From assembly GCA_013239625.1 (NCBI GenBank), contig MU053802.1, forward strand, positions 200,905 through 264,904: 64,000 nt of DNA. The letters run 5' to 3'. Origin of the DNA: Lama guanicoe (Eukaryota). Below are positions 27,791-41,540 of this stretch, one piece after another; position 1 is the first letter of the stretch, and each line of letters opens with the position of its first letter. Under the pieces are notes generated by a model, which had not been told where the DNA came from, searched no databases, and was given only the letters and a program-made list of their open reading frames with translations. The position numbers and the translations under genes were made by a program.

Positions 27791-30700
27791 CATGAAATAT
27801 TTCTGTGAAAAGCCTGTCATCCATTCTTGTATCATTTGTTCATTTGTGTTTTCAACAGACAAGTTTTTGAGCCCCTCCTTGAACCCCATGCTCATCATGA
27901 AATCCACCTGCAGTGATCTCCTGGCCTTGTTTGAACTGCGTGTGCTAGTTGAGAGAAAGGGATGTGCTGTGGCTCACCCTAAACCCTGTCTACTTGACTG
28001 CTGAGTCTAGCGTTCTCCCCTGGTCTGTGGTGATAGTTAGTGTTTTTATGGGGCTAATTGGGCTCCCTTATCACTGCTGTTTGGGGCTACACTTGGGATT
28101 GGGTCACTGATTTTTCTACACATCTTGTGTCTTTGTTGGCATAACTGACACAATTTTAGTAATGTGAATTCTAAATAGAGATGTTTATGTTGGTTCTTAA
28201 AAGCTGAAAAGAAGTATAGTATACTTAAAGGCATAACAATAATTATAGGAGTCTCAGTAGTAGAAAGTTGAGTACGCGTATCCAAAAACCCTTTAGTAAA
28301 CCATAGGATAAGTAATCCTAGCTGCTGTAACAAATAGTCCTTGAAATTTCAGTAGTTTAATATCATCAGCAATTTCTGTCTTTCTCACATCCTAATTCCG
28401 CATGTCTCAGTGGAGTTGGAGTGGGACTCTGCTCCACATAGTCATTTAGGGACCCAGGAGGCTTTCTGTCATCAACACATGGTTTTGAGGTCCTCCTGGC
28501 CTTTTCAGTCAATAAGGAAAGGAAATAGATGGTTAGCATGCTTCCTTTTAACTGCCTAATCACAGGAGTGTTACCTCCCTTCAGCCCACATTGTGTTGGT
28601 AAGAACCAGCACATCCAGCTAAACTAGGTCCAAGACGGGTAGGAAGTGTGGTTTGCTTGTGTGCCCAGAAAGAAATGTAAATGCATTTGGTAGGTGTCTA
28701 GCCAGTCTCTACCAGAAACTCCCCTTCTAACAGCCAGATATCCTGTCTACTCTTCCTTGAACAAAGACCTACTCAGCCCCTCCCCAAAGCAAACAGCCCA
28801 GAGTCCCATTCAGAATGGTAAGGATTTCCAGGTGAAGCATGGTTCTCTTTGTCAGGTTTTGGTGTAGCTCCTCATTGTCTACTAATCAGTGAATTGAAAG
28901 CCAAGTCACTTCCTACTTCACCCCGTATATGACAGTGAATCTGCAAGAACACTCCTATCCAGAAAGGAAAGAGTAAGGAAGCTACTGCAATCAGTAACAC
29001 AGAATTGAAAGCCACTGAAAGACCTAAGGAAGACCCCCTACCTTCAAGTTGGGCATTTTCCTTAATTAGGCCATTATTCTGCTCTTAAGGAGGAACTGCT
29101 TTATAAATGTGTTGTTCCATGGAGCTCCTGGTTCCAGTGGTCTTGTGTCCCTTCACCACTTGCTTCAACCGATGTGGGTTTTGGTGGGGAGGGGACGTCC
29201 ATTGAGAATGCACTCTTCTCCACCCGCTTTCTGCCTGCAGTTAGGTGGTTCTAAGGCTGCCAGACAAGTCTCTAGCTTTTTTTTTTTTAAGTAGAGTTGT
29301 GGTTTCTTTGTCATCACAGCTCCTTCAAAAAGTTTTTATGCTTCTGATATGTTTGGTTCCAGGCAGTCCCATGTGCCAGTAACTATGATTACAGAACATT
29401 AGTTTTTGTTGGTTTTTTTCTCAGTTTAATTGCAGGTGTCTGGTTATTATGAGGAGCAATAATCTTAAGTTTGAAGATGACACCTCTAATGTGATATTTG
29501 CCAAGGAACTGAGTCACTCTTCAACCAGGAGTTCTCATGAAATCCTGCTTTTTCACAGCATTTTTCAGTGCTGAATCTTACTGTTTGAGTCCAGAGGCAG
29601 AGAGTGAACCTAAGAGGCCCTGAGTTTCTAGACTCTGTTCCCTTGGATTCCTTCATTAAAGACCAGCCCATTCTGTCTTGAGCTCATCTGTTTCACATAG
29701 TATCTTGCCAGCAGTAGCCAGTAGTTGCCGGCACTTCAACACTCCCTGTCCTCTCCTGCCGTTCTCAGACTCTGCCGAGGGCCCCAGGCTCAGGCGCCAG
29801 TGGTCGGCCTTGTGAACCACTGTAGGTGACAGCTTAGCAAATGTTTTGTCACTTTTCATAAAATGTGAGTTTGCCCCTCTCCAGCCTCTACATCAGTTTC
29901 CTTGCCACCCAGAACCTGACCACTAAGCCCATGACATGAATTTTAACTTCTGGTCACCATCACCTCACATTCTAAGGGACAGAACTGGTGATGGCCCCGT
30001 GTAGACTGGAGGCCGAGTGGAGTGCGGTTCAGCTGGTGAGGGGCAATGCATGGGCATCAGTGTTAGTGAGTGGCCGGCGCCACGAAGAAGGAAGGGCACT
30101 TAGGTTTTCTGACCATCCCAGCTACTTCTCACAGTTATTTCTAGCAATTGTTGAGAAGCCAATCTACCTCATTGAATCGGTAGCCTCTTAAATTTTTTGT
30201 AATCTTATTTTATAAATTACAAAATGAAGTGACCTCATTGACCATGATTAAGGTGATTTGAAAATGACAATATCTGTATTTTTGGAGCTCCCATAATATG
30301 CTGATGTTCACCCACATTTATAACATTTCCTTAAGGGGTATTTCTCATATTTTAAAAATGTAATGTTCTGAAATGTTACATTGCATTGAAGTATTTTAAG
30401 CCACAGGAATGATTTCATTTAAAAATCCTAGTGATTTTGTTTTAAGATTTTCTTACACTGTGATGAAATTCATGCATTTTAATATTTATATTTTATGCTT
30501 CATTGATGTAAATTATGGTTGCTTCTTTAGTTTCTACTGGAAATGTATGACATGTTTTTCCTGCCTCAAATGTATGTTGACTTTATAATATGGATAAAAG
30601 ATATATTACAAAAGGGCCATTTAGATTCATTTTTTATTTTTCTTAAACAAAAGCAATCTCAGTCTTATTTGGTTTGGCTTTCCTTTGAAGTAGGTCTTCA

Positions 30701-30976
30701 AGTCAACCATGAAATCCCTAATATTATACTGTATTAAAATTATTATCTGAAGTTTAAAACAATTATGTGACACTATGTGAGTATATTCTGTTAACCAGAA
30801 TTGTAATATATTTAACATTAATGACCTAATTTGAGAGTTACAGGTATTAAATATATTTAATAGTATTATATATGTTAATAATTAAATGTGTTTTCTTGTA
30901 TATCATGTGTAAACATATATGTTAATTTTGAGGAGTCATACAGGGTTCATCCTCTGTGTCCTGTTTTGTTTTATAG

Positions 30977-31258
30977 CTATAAGAAACTGGCTGAGAATAA
31001 AGAAGCTGAATTTATTAACCCTTCACCCCTTAAGATGAATCCAAATGTTATGTCTCAAGAAGCACAAAATGTGAATCAATTTTTGGACAAAAATGAAGAG
31101 CATATAGTGTTACAAAAGTCAACAAATGAAGGTACAGAAAATAACTGTCCAAGAGTAAATACTGTGGAAGAACAAATAGATAAAATGTACCTTTATATTT
31201 TGAAGAAAAAAAATCTGTTAGTCCTTGATAATTACCCGAGGATGACAAAATACATAAG
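30977..31258 (+). pseudogene. CEP162: CEP162 exon A
   Basis: Reads YKKLAENKEAEFINPSPLKMNPNVMSQEAQNVNQFLDKNEEHIVLQKSTNE...EEQIDKMYLYILKKK. A 1-nt loss follows, and the homologous frame has TGA TAA. Boundaries ttatag / gtaagt. Confidence 0.92.
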
Positions 31259-32116
31259 GTAAGTGTTTATAGTTTATATTGAATTGACATAGTGATAAAA
31301 GAAGTTACATAAATACTGCTGATAGGTATGTACTTCGTGAGCCAGCGGGACTGATTACAGACTAAACTCCACGTGGATCCTGGGTATCTGTGAGCAGTAG
31401 CTGTTACAACATCCTGTTTTCCCCAGATTTTAAAATGCCACTGTAGCATTAACTTTCATTTAGAAGCCATTCTTTACATTTTTTATTTTTTAAATAAACA
31501 TAGTCCAGAATTTGAGTAACATAAGAAAATTAAGTTTATTCTAGTGCTTTTTATTCAATCTTAACCCTATGTGTTTTGCAAAAGGTGAGTTGGCATTTCA
31601 TATAAATGCTGTTAGCGACTGTTGAGAAACTTATACTTCACTGTTCCTTGTTTCTGTGTTCTTGATTTATTCTGATTTATAGTCTCTGTGACCCCAGTAT
31701 TGCATTTTTATTTTACGGTTTTGATCTATGTGTTTACCATAAACTAACCATAAACTACCTTCAGTTCCTTGTGGAATAAGGCAGGGTGCTAATCAGCTTT
31801 TACCTTGAGAAAGCTGGAGAAAAAAATATAAGACTTTAAGTCATTTCAGCTGTGCTATTCACCACTCTCCTCCATGTTCATTCTTGTAATTACATGTCTT
31901 GCTGTCTGGCAAGCCTATTTTGTTTTATTATTTTGCTTTTTTTTACTCCTTCAGAATACTAAAATTCTGATGAATTAGGCTTGGAGAAATTGAATATCAT
32001 TGCTTGCCTTCTACAAACCGTGTTCTTCAGTAATCACTAAGGTTTTGCCATCTGTTAAATCATATTTACAACTGTCACTGATGTTTAAGTACTAAAGAGT
32101 TTGTACTTGTGCACAG

Positions 32117-32377
32117 ACTTTTAGATCTCGACTGATTTCTGGAGAAGCAGGGGCTGGGACTGGTACACAGCTACCACACAGGAAGGACAGAAGTGCCCTT
32201 CCTTGTTTAAAAGAACACCCCAGAGTGGATTATATGCATCAGTGAGGAGCTCAGACTATGGCAAACCCAGCTCACCATTCAAGACATTTTCTACTCTTGA
32301 AAAGAGAACTTCAAAGAGCATTATGAAAAGCAAAATCTTGAGATCCATCCCTGCCTCAAATCAAGCTAGGAAAAAAG
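32117..32377 (+). pseudogene. CEP162: CEP162 exon B
   Basis: Reads TFRSRLISGE...DRSA, then after a frameshift FKRTPQSGLYASVRSSDYGKPSSPFKTFSTLEKRTS...ASNQARKK. Boundaries cacag / gtaatt. Confidence 0.93.
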
Positions 32378-33375
32378 GTAATTATACACACTTTTCATAA
32401 TAAAATTCTGTACATATAATGTATTATTTTGTTTTCCTTATTCTCTACTTTCCCTGTTTCCTTCTTTCCTTCTGTGAACTTTCCTTATTTGTAGAAAAAA
32501 ATTAATCTTAAGTTCAATTGGTGCTATATTCCATCTCTGAAAGATAGATTCAGTTTAGTTCAGTTCAGGTTTGTTTTTTTTTTAATCATTAGTTCTAGGT
32601 TTTCCTGAATGAGACCCAGAAAGTATGGGAGGTGAATATGAGATTGGAGAGTCAAACCCCTCCTCATCTGGTTGGCTTTGTAATATCCAAAATGTTTGCC
32701 AGAAAAGAGCTATCAATTCAGAATGCAAAGGGCAACATGCAAATGAAGGTGGATACAGAGAGAAATATCCGGATGTGAGTTTGATCTAGTGTTGGGGAGT
32801 CCGGATGTTTTATCAATCACCTGGGTGCGTTTATACATCCCAGTGCCTCTCAGTTATTTCCTGGTGTAATCATCCATTTTGGCGGGAGGAAAGGGCAATT
32901 TCCCACGTAGGAGCCCACGGCACTATTAATAGGAATAGAAATACTCAAGTCAGACCAGTGTTCCTGCTGCCTTTAGACTCTGGTGGGGCCGGGAGGGCAG
33001 TAGAGCCAGATGTGCTTCATGTTTTCCTTTGTGATTCAGCCAAATAGGCGACCTAGGCCATCACTGCTGCCTGCTGTGACGGAGGAGAGCTAGCCTCACT
33101 GGGAAACTCACTTCCAGCTTAAAGTGTCTCCCCTGCCTTTCCCTGCAGCGATCCATCCCAGGACCACGTGGACTCTATTAGAATTCTTTCAGCAGTGAAG
33201 CCTCTCCTCTCCTGTCTGTGTGGCTGTGCGTCCACTGTAGCAGCCTGCGCATGTCAGTTGTAGGGCTTGTCTCTGTCCGCGTGCAGGAGAGCAGCCGGGG
33301 TGGTGGCTGTTCTGTGCACAAGGGAATCAGATTCTGCTGGCTTGGTGCAGCATCCTTTCCTCCTGGTCTTAACGT

Positions 33376-33427
33376 GGGGACCTCAGATCCCTTCCCCTAA
33401 CGGGGACCTCAGATCCCTTCCCCTTAC
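33376..33427 (+). repeat. 26-bp tandem duplication (2 copies)
   Basis: GGGGACCTCAGATCCCTTCCCCT(A/T)AC occurs twice. Confidence 0.9.
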
Positions 33428-33749
33428 AGTCGCCTTGTGTTCTCTTACTTACTCTTCCTTTTCTGTGGAGCACCTGCTTGTGCGGCTGTCATCTAGTCAT
33501 TGTTGTTAGTAACTAACCCTCTGCTGGATCTAGTGCTTAATGATGTTAAGAAAAACATTCAGAACGTTTCCCAAATTTTAGAATCATCAAGAGGAGTGTA
33601 GAGGTTTTATTCATTAATGTTTTAGGAGTATTCATCCTGTCTGTACCTTTGAGAGCAAGAGAATGAAATTTTGTTTTTAATATTACTTACTCTATTATAT
33701 TTATTTTAGATAAAGTAACTCCCAACATTTCTGAAGTTTACTTTATACA

Positions 33750-34830
33750 AATTCGTTCATATAACATGTGTTTTTGGGCACCGACCTGGGTCTAGGCACT
33801 GTTGGACGCCCTCTAGGTACGTTGGTAAACAAGGCAGCGCCACGTCCCCTCCCCCATCTCGTGGAGTTGTCATCTGATGAGGAGGGACAGACACTTAACA
33901 ACAAGGATACAAATCAGTAAATGATGTTACATGCTAAGGAGAAATAGAAAGCAGAGCAAGAGTGTCAGTGGAGTCCAGCAGGTCACCACTTGAAATAAGA
34001 TAGCGTCGGCCTCAGTGAGAGAGCCCTTTGAATGAAGACTTGTAGGAGTAATTGGGATTAGCTGTGTGGGTGTGTGTGGGAAGCATATTCCAGAAAAATG
34101 AAACAGTCAGTCCAAAAGTCCCAAAGAGGGAGGAATGCCTGGCATTTTGGGGGTCAACATAGAAGCCCACATGGCTGGGGCAGAGTGGGCAGAGAGGGGA
34201 GGGGGAGGGGAGATCGGGCATCACAGGGACAGGCACGGTCGGCTTTTCTAGGGCATTAAGCAGCCTTGGGCTTTCATTCAGTGTGGAAAGGTGAGCACCT
34301 GGGAAGTTGTGAGCATGGCAGTGACTTCACCTGATGTATCCTTTAGATAGATTTCTCGGGCTGATGCCATTGAACATATGCTCACAAATATAGACACACA
34401 CCATAGAGGCATAGGAAGAAGCACAGAGACCAGTTAAAAGAGGATTTGAGGAATCCGGGCTGGGAGTGATGGGGCCCAATCCAGGGTGGTGGCAGTGGTG
34501 GTAATGAGAAGCTATTGGATGGGGATGTATTTTAGAAGATAGAGTCAAAAGTCTAAAAGAGTGGTTTGGGGTTGTGAGAGAGGCATCATGGGTGATGGCA
34601 GGGTATGTGGCTTGAGCAGCTGGAAGAATGTGGTTCCTCTCCAGCTGGGATGGAGCGGGAGGCAGAGTGGGCTTGGGGGTGGAGGGAGGACCAGGAGTTG
34701 AGCTGCTGAGATGCTAATTGTGAGATGCCTGTTCTGTGTGCAAGTGGAGATGGCAAGGAGGTGGTTAGATGGGATTCTAGGGCTGAGAGGGAGGTGTGGA
34801 CTGTAGGTATCGAGTGTTGTTAAAAATGAA
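33750..34830 (-). mobile_element. L2 LINE remnant, resuming at ~35420-35750 after an L1 3' end and a SINE
   Basis: Purine-rich degraded L2-like motifs (CTAGGCACTG..., GGGAAGCATATTCCAG, CAAGTGGAGATGGCAAGGAGGTGGTTAGAT, AATGAGGACTGA). Confidence 0.6.
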
Positions 34831-34848
34831 TATTTTTGAAGCCTTGGG

Positions 34849-35210
34849 TTTTTTTTTAATTGCAGTGTAATGGATTTACAGCATTGGGTTAGTTTCAGGA
34901 GTACAGCAAAATGAATCAGTTTTTTCACAGATTATATTCTGTTACAGGCTATTACAAGACATTGGGTAGAGTTCCCTGTGCTGTACAGTAAGTCCTTGTT
35001 GCTTTACAATTTTATGTACAGTAGTTTGTGTCCATTAATCCTGTACCTTTAATTTGTCCTCCCCCTCACCTCCCCTTGTTAACCACAAGTTTCTTTTCTG
35101 TCTGTGAGTCTTTCTGTTTTCATATATGTTCATTTGTATTATTTTTGAGATTCCCCATGCAAGTGATCTATAGCATTTGTTTTTCTCCATCTGACTTACT
35201 TCATAAGATG
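34849..35210 (-). mobile_element. L1 3'-end fragment
   Basis: PolyT, then TAATTGCAGTGTAATGGATTTACAGCATTGGGTTAGTTTCAGG...GTTCCCTGTGCTGTACAGTA...CTGACTTACTTCA. Confidence 0.78.
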
Positions 35211-35249
35211 TAATATTATTCTCTGAGACTTGACAAAGATTATCAAGGG

Positions 35250-35405
35250 TGTGGGGAGGGTATAGCTCATATGGTAGAGTGTATGCTTAGCATGCACGAG
35301 ATCCTGGGTTCAATCCCCGGTATCTCCATTTAAAAAAAAAAAAGAAGAAATTAAGTAAATAAATCTAATTATCTCCCTACCCCCCAAAAAAAAACTAAAA
35401 AAAAA
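35250..35405 (+). mobile_element. tRNA-derived SINE (vic-1-like)
   Basis: GGGGAGGGTATAGCTCA...GGTAGAGT...GGTTCAATCCCC with A tails. TSD AAAGA(TT/GA)ATCAAGGG. Confidence 0.9.
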
Positions 35406-38400
35406 AAAGAGAATCAAGGGAGCATATCTGGAAAGAAAAAGCAAACCCAAGGCCTGAGCCCAGGGCATGCTGACCTAAAGAGGGAGGGGGTAACCTGCAA
35501 GGACAAAGCAATGTTGAGGCAACCTGAGCACGTGCACTTCTGAAGCCATGTGGGTAGAGTATATGGAGAGGAGTAGATCTGTTGTGTCCACTGCTGCTGA
35601 GAGAGAATGAGGACTGACAGCTGACCTTGGAGTTTAGCAGGAAGGAGGCCATCGGCATTGGACAAGCAGTTTCCATGGGCAGGTGGCTGTGAAAGACAAA
35701 CAGAGTGGGAACAGGAGAAGTGGAATTGGCTGCTTAATGGTATAGACCTGCTGGAGGAAAGGGTGTAAAAGGTTGGGGGGAGGGGGCAGTCAGGAAGACT
35801 TTTCATTTGCCTTGTTTTGAATTTAATGAGAGAAATCATGGTATGAATGAATAACAGAATGTTTGTGCTTTTTGGAAAGATGCAGTAGCCGGGAAGAAGT
35901 GCATGATGAGGGGAGTCATAGAGCCGTGTCCTCGAGTGGAGGGGCTGTAATGGGGTCCAGGGCACAATGGGAGGGTTGGCTTCAGGTGGGAACATGGACA
36001 ATTCACCTGTGGAAAAGCAGAAAGGAGGAGGGGAGAGGTGGGTGTGGGTACTCATAGGGGCAGAAGTGGTGAGAGATGGGGGTGATTTCCTTCAGTTGCC
36101 TCCACTTCCTCTGAGAAGTAAAACATGCTGTGATGAGGCGGCAGTGAGGATGGGGCCAGGGTGCTGGAGGGGAGCAGTTGTGGGGGGGTTCTCCTGGAGG
36201 GCTGGGCTCCCAGCAGCAGGAAGTCTGCAACAGGTTGGTGACCGTGAATGTGAGCTGGGAGCAGGCAGGCAGGAGGGGTGTGTGTGTGTGTGTGTATCTA
36301 TGAGTGTACAGCCACTTTCTCCCACATGCCTGCGGGTGTTGATAGTTGTGTAGTTGGATTTACCAAGAGAAGTGGTTTTTGCCCAATGAGTGCAGTGGAC
36401 TGAGAGAGGAGCAGGAAGGAGCTGCCCATGTGTTTGGGATGTAAGTGGGGTCATGAAGGAAGAAGAGACATCGGGGGTGTGGACAGTATGAGACACACAG
36501 GATCAACAGAGTGAGTCCCGGGGGCCCAAGTGCTGTGGGCATCCAGGTGCCAGAGGGCACGCCTGGTGGGGGTAGGACTGCCAGAGGGTAAATGCCTAAG
36601 ACTGAGATTCGGGCGCAGTTGCATTACTGGTAACAGAAAAAGAACCAGAAAAACCAGTGGGAGAGAGCAGCTAGGGTGGAGAGACGTGCACAGGGAGTGA
36701 GTTGAAGGGTCTCTGGTGCGCAGTTGGAAATTACTAAGAGTGAAGCCAGACATCAGGTCACAGTCGATGGAAATGAGAGGGATGGCATAGAGGTTGATAG
36801 GTGAAGGCAACAATATTTTTATGAACATTTTCCCTGATTTCAAAATTTCATAGTGTTTGCTACTGCTAAAATAAATAAAAACATATCACTAAAATTCATA
36901 TTTATTTGAGTACAATGGCAAACTGTGATTTTCTGTTTTTGTACTGATCTACTTTTTTCATTAAAGTCTCTGTTAAGTAGGATTTAAAAAAAAAATCTGT
37001 CTTTTTGTTGGAAAATTGCCCAGAGTGATTTTACTTTTATTCCAAAGAACTGGAATTCCTTGGGGGTGGTTGTTACTTGTCACAGGTTGGGTGCCAGAGA
37101 AGCAGCCTCTGAGCCAAAAGCGCGTGTACAGAAAGTCTAGAGACTGTGCTTGGCATCAGCCCTGGTTCCCAGGGAGCAGCACCTCGTGACTGGCACTGAT
37201 GCAGTTCAAAGTCTTCTCTTTCATGTAACCAGGAAGCCTGGGCCAGTTAATTCAGAGCCGGTGCACCTGTGCAAGGAACCTGACCCCTTCTTCTTTCCTG
37301 CTGCAAAATCCCTAGTCTGTGACTTCAGTCTTCCTTGTCACAAGATGGCTGCACAACCTCCAGCCCTGTCAGGAGGAAGAGGGTGAAAGCTAAAAGGTAT
37401 ACACCCATTAACTCAGCAGCTTAATCAGAGAAGTAGTCGCTGTCCTGGAAGCCCAGTGTTGGAAATTTTTGCTTTCATCTTACTGGTCAGAACTTTGATC
37501 CTGTGCCGTTGTCCCCCACCCAACCCCGGATGCGTGGAGTCCAGGGAGAGGGGTGTTTTTAACTGGCACATTGCTGCCTGGGGCAGAATTTTAGTGGGGA
37601 GGAAGAGGAGGTTGGCAGCTAGCAGTGTCTGCCATGTGGTGATTTTCCTTTTTATCCTAAATTAATTTTTTTTTACTGTCTACTCTTGTGTTTTTATTTT
37701 TAGATTAGTATGTTTGTTGTCACAAAAGGAATAGTTGCTCATTATTTAAATTCAAAAATACAGAAAAGTAAAAAGGAACAATAATTTAGCCAGAAACAGC
37801 TGGTGTCATAGTGGGTGAGCCTCATTCCATGCCTGTTGTGTGTGTGTCCTTCTGCAGATGGAAGGAAGCAGGGATGAGAACTGGAAGGAAGGAGACAGGC
37901 AGGCACGTGGACAAATAAAAATGGACAAAGCATTTTATAAGAACAGATCACACTTTATCAGTTCTTTTCATTAAAATATTAGGTTTCATTTTACTTAAAT
38001 CTGTAAGAAGAAAAAGAAACTTCATCCTGAGAAATGTTACATCCCAAAAGGTCCTTCAAGAACATAGATTATGAAAACCCCTGAAAGACTGCCAAAGCTA
38101 TATTGTTATTTTTAACTGCTTTTTCCAATATTATACACAATCAATTTTCCCTTCTATTAAATACGTAGTAAAACTTATTACATCCCCCACTCGCATGAAT
38201 CCTACCCATTTTTGTCGGTTTTTTTAATAAGTATATCATTTATAACTTTATTTTATATACTATATATAATGTATGTGTCATATAACATTATATATATTTA
38301 TGTATGATTATATTATTTATAATTAATATATTTATTATATTCTCTCCAGCAGCTGTAATTCCCTTAAGCATTTGAAAGTGGATCTTGGTTCTGGTTATTA

Positions 38401-39932
38401 CAGAGCCAGAATGCTTTTCACCAGTCCATTAGCCATTGCTCCTCCATTCTGGAATTATTTTGATTGCCGTATAATTTGACTGAATTTTTTTAATCCATTT
38501 TTTTTAAGAAGGGCTCAGAAGTCCCAAATTCTGCAGTGTTTTCATGTTTGAATTTCATATCTAAGCAACTTTTCTTTCCTGTATAAAAGGAAAAGATACT
38601 GTCCATGTACTATTACTGAAAAATAACAACTTAGAGAAATCAAAATGAAGAATTCAGGAAGGGAGAATTCTGGTGTGAAAGCACTGGCTGGCTGCAGCTG
38701 GAGCAAGAACCACCCGCCACACTCCCGCCGCCCCGTCCTGGGAGATCACAGTGCTGGTGGGTCTGACCCCTTCACTGGCCACGTTAATGGTCCTCTAGTG
38801 ACTTGGAGGGATTAATGGCCTGATTTTACATTGACTGAAACAGATCCTTTATGAATGCTTTAAGAGGTTTCTACGGAAAACCTTCTAAATCAAACTGCCC
38901 AATTAAATGTGATTACTACTCTATAAGGAAAAAACCTGGAAAAGATTTGAAGGAAATCTTGGGGTGAGGTATTTTTGGGGACTTGTTTCTTTTTTTGACT
39001 TTTCTGTAGTTTCCAAATCTTTAAGAACCACTTATTTCAATTTTAATGAAAGAAGTAAACTTTGCATTTAAAAAGTTAACACCCTAAAGAAATTATATTA
39101 AAAATATAAAATTTTAATTCTTCATTTATCTCGAAGGCAGTCAGGGAAACGTTCACTGGGGGTCAGTTCAGGACCTGCAGGGTTTGAGTATGGGCCTCCA
39201 GATCTCTTCTAGGGAGTTCCCTGAAACTTTCTTTTTGTATTACTAACTGAATAATTATTGGCCTTAGAACTATTTCTGCTGTTTGGGGATTTATGAGGTA
39301 GCTTAAAAGCCAAAAATTTGACCAAAATATACATAAATAACATTTTTTTCTAATGTGATGAATGATATCACAGTATTAGAGCAGGACTATCATTTATTTC
39401 TTTAATCAAACTTGAACTTGTTGTTATAGTTTCCATGCAATTTATATTATTCCAGTGATACTATACCTTGATATACTTTATACAGAAAAATGTCCTATAA
39501 AGCCCACTTAATCGGAACTAAAATTCTTCATAAAGTTATCAGCTGCTCTTTGATTCCTCTTTTAGATATTTTTAGTTATTTATGTGAACATTTAAAAGAG
39601 TAATTTATTTAAATTGACAAAACCTGAAATTATCCCATCCACATTCTCCTCACATTTATTTAGCTCCATGTGTCATTGGACATGAGCCTTGTGTCAGTTG
39701 GCCTCCGCGTCAAATGGAGTAGAAGCGGGTTCCGGGCAGGGGTCCCGCATGCAAGGTCCTGCGTGCAGGGGGACAGCTGTGTGAGGGCACTTGTTATGCA
39801 CCTGCCTGCTGTGAGATCCTCTCTTGTCTTAGTGCTCCTGTTGTATTAGTGATTCTTGTTACATAATTGCCGAATACACATTCAACGTAGTTTGTATTTG
39901 TGGTGCTTTTATCCATTGTTAATGACATTTAG

Positions 39933-40052
39933 GAATATCTGAAGCAGGACTCACCAAGCCAGCAACTCCAGCCTCCCACGGGGAAAGCTGCGTGGCTCCC
40001 CGAGAAGTCTGAGGGCCCCTCAGAAACTGATGTCTGTGTTCAGTTTCTGAAT
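39933..40052 (+). pseudogene. CEP162: CEP162 exon C
   Basis: Reads ISEAGLTKPA...ESC, then after a frameshift KSEGPSETDVCVQFLN, versus human KKSENPTETDSCIQFQT. Confidence 0.82.
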
Positions 40053-40312
40053 GTAGGTGTTGAACTTCACAGTAATATTCATAATGGTTGTATGGTCTAT
40101 AATTATATGTTAAAATTAAATTATAAATAATGAAATTTCTTCTGCACTGAGTGATACTGCACTCACTCACTCTTACTGAACATTTATTGATTTTCTTGTG
40201 TAGTAGAACATTGTTAACCGTGTCATTTTCATTTGTGTTTTTATTCCCTAACCCACTGTGTTCAAATCTAATATATAACTCAACATACCAAAGTAATGCT
40301 TTTCCTTAAAAG

Positions 40313-40542
40313 GATTCTTCAGGCTACCATGGTGAGAACAAGGAAGCAAAACTGACTATGTTTGAAAGAGTTCAGGAAGCAGAGGGAAAATGCAGAGGGG
40401 CACAGGCCCTTGGGCAGTGGATTACAGTCACATTCTCAGAAAAAGAGAGAGAGCTTTGGAAGATAAGATGGGGGAAGTACAGAGACAGCAGGAGAAGGAA
40501 CTATTCCAACCTAGTCAAGACAATTATATCCTTCGAGCCAAG
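40313..40542 (+). pseudogene. CEP162: CEP162 exon D
   Basis: Reads DSSGYHGENKEAKLTMFERVQEAEGKCRGAQAL...FSEKEREL, then after a +2 shift EDKMGEVQRQQEKELFQPSQDNYILRAK. Confidence 0.92.
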
Positions 40543-41066
40543 GTACTAGACACATTGCCCTACTTTTCCTTTTACTTATGGAAAAAGAACTAGTACTCCC
40601 TGCTAAATGCATTGTCACCCTCTGTCCCTGTGGCTCTTTGACTTGATGCGTTTGCTGCCAGTGACTTGGTTCCCGTGAGTGCCTCTCAACAGAAGAGCCT
40701 AAATCAAACCCCTGGGGAAAAATCAGAATTTAAACTGGCTCATATTGATCCTTCTCTTGTCAGCAGTCCTTTTTGAAAATAAATCCCTTAGTTCACGGTG
40801 GTGACCTTCAAGGAAGACAGAGTTTCAGAAAGATTGCTGTAGAAGGGCTAAGTTCAGAGAATGACACTGTGTAGCATTTCTGGGTTAATTACATCATCAG
40901 AGCTATCAGCACAAAACATCCTGTAATGAATTAACTGTCGCTGGTGTTAAACTAATTCCAGTGTGGTCGTAAGACAGTTCTAGGTCTGTGTACCTTGTGT
41001 TTTCTTTTATTCTTCCTCACTTCATCATTTCCTTTCCCAAATAAAATAATTTCTGCATTTTCTTAG

Positions 41067-41201
41067 TGAAGTAGCATTGAAGAATCAAACAAGAAACAAA
41101 GGTGGTTGCCTTTTGAGGAAACATCGGCTCCTGCCACAGAGGAAAATTAAAATAAAAAAAAGAAATAGGAACAAGAGACATTTGTTCAGGGACGTCAACA
41201 G
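41067..41201 (+). pseudogene. CEP162: CEP162 exon E
   Basis: Reads *SSIEESNKKQRWLPFEETSAPATEE... The first codon is TGA and further indels follow. Donor gtaggg. Confidence 0.88.
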
Positions 41202-41359
41202 GTAGGGTTCTTCAGCACATAATGAGTTTGTTATGAGATCCTTTGGTTTTGAAAATAAGGCATTTAAAAATATTTGCGTCCATTTAACAGGTAATGGGAA
41301 TTCTGGCAATATGAGGAAGTAATCATTTGACTGGTCCGTACATTTGTCATGGGCAGAAT

Positions 41360-41540
41360 TAAAGTAGTTAAGAGCATGGGTTCTGGATTCAGAGTCTGGT
41401 TTTAGGCTTGGCTTCACTACCTGCTGTGCAGACTTAGGCAAGTCACATCCCCCGTCTGAGCCAGTTTTCCCATCTGTGAAATGGGAATGAGACTGACAGT
41501 ACCTGTCTCATAAGAGTGGTTGTGAAATTAAGATAAGACA
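41360..41540 (+). mobile_element. MIR SINE remnant
   Basis: GTAGTTAAGAGCATGGGTTCTGGA...TTAGGCAAGTCAC...CTGAGCCAGTTTTCCCATCTGTGAAATGGGAAT. Confidence 0.75.

Noticed and set aside
30888..31262. 124-aa ORF as a standalone gene
   Set aside because: It is a frameshifted CEP162 exon plus intronic flank.
35395..36843. Long minus-strand ORFs including 213 aa
   Set aside because: They overlap purine-rich L2 remnants and a TG microsatellite, with no recognisable domain or splice structure.
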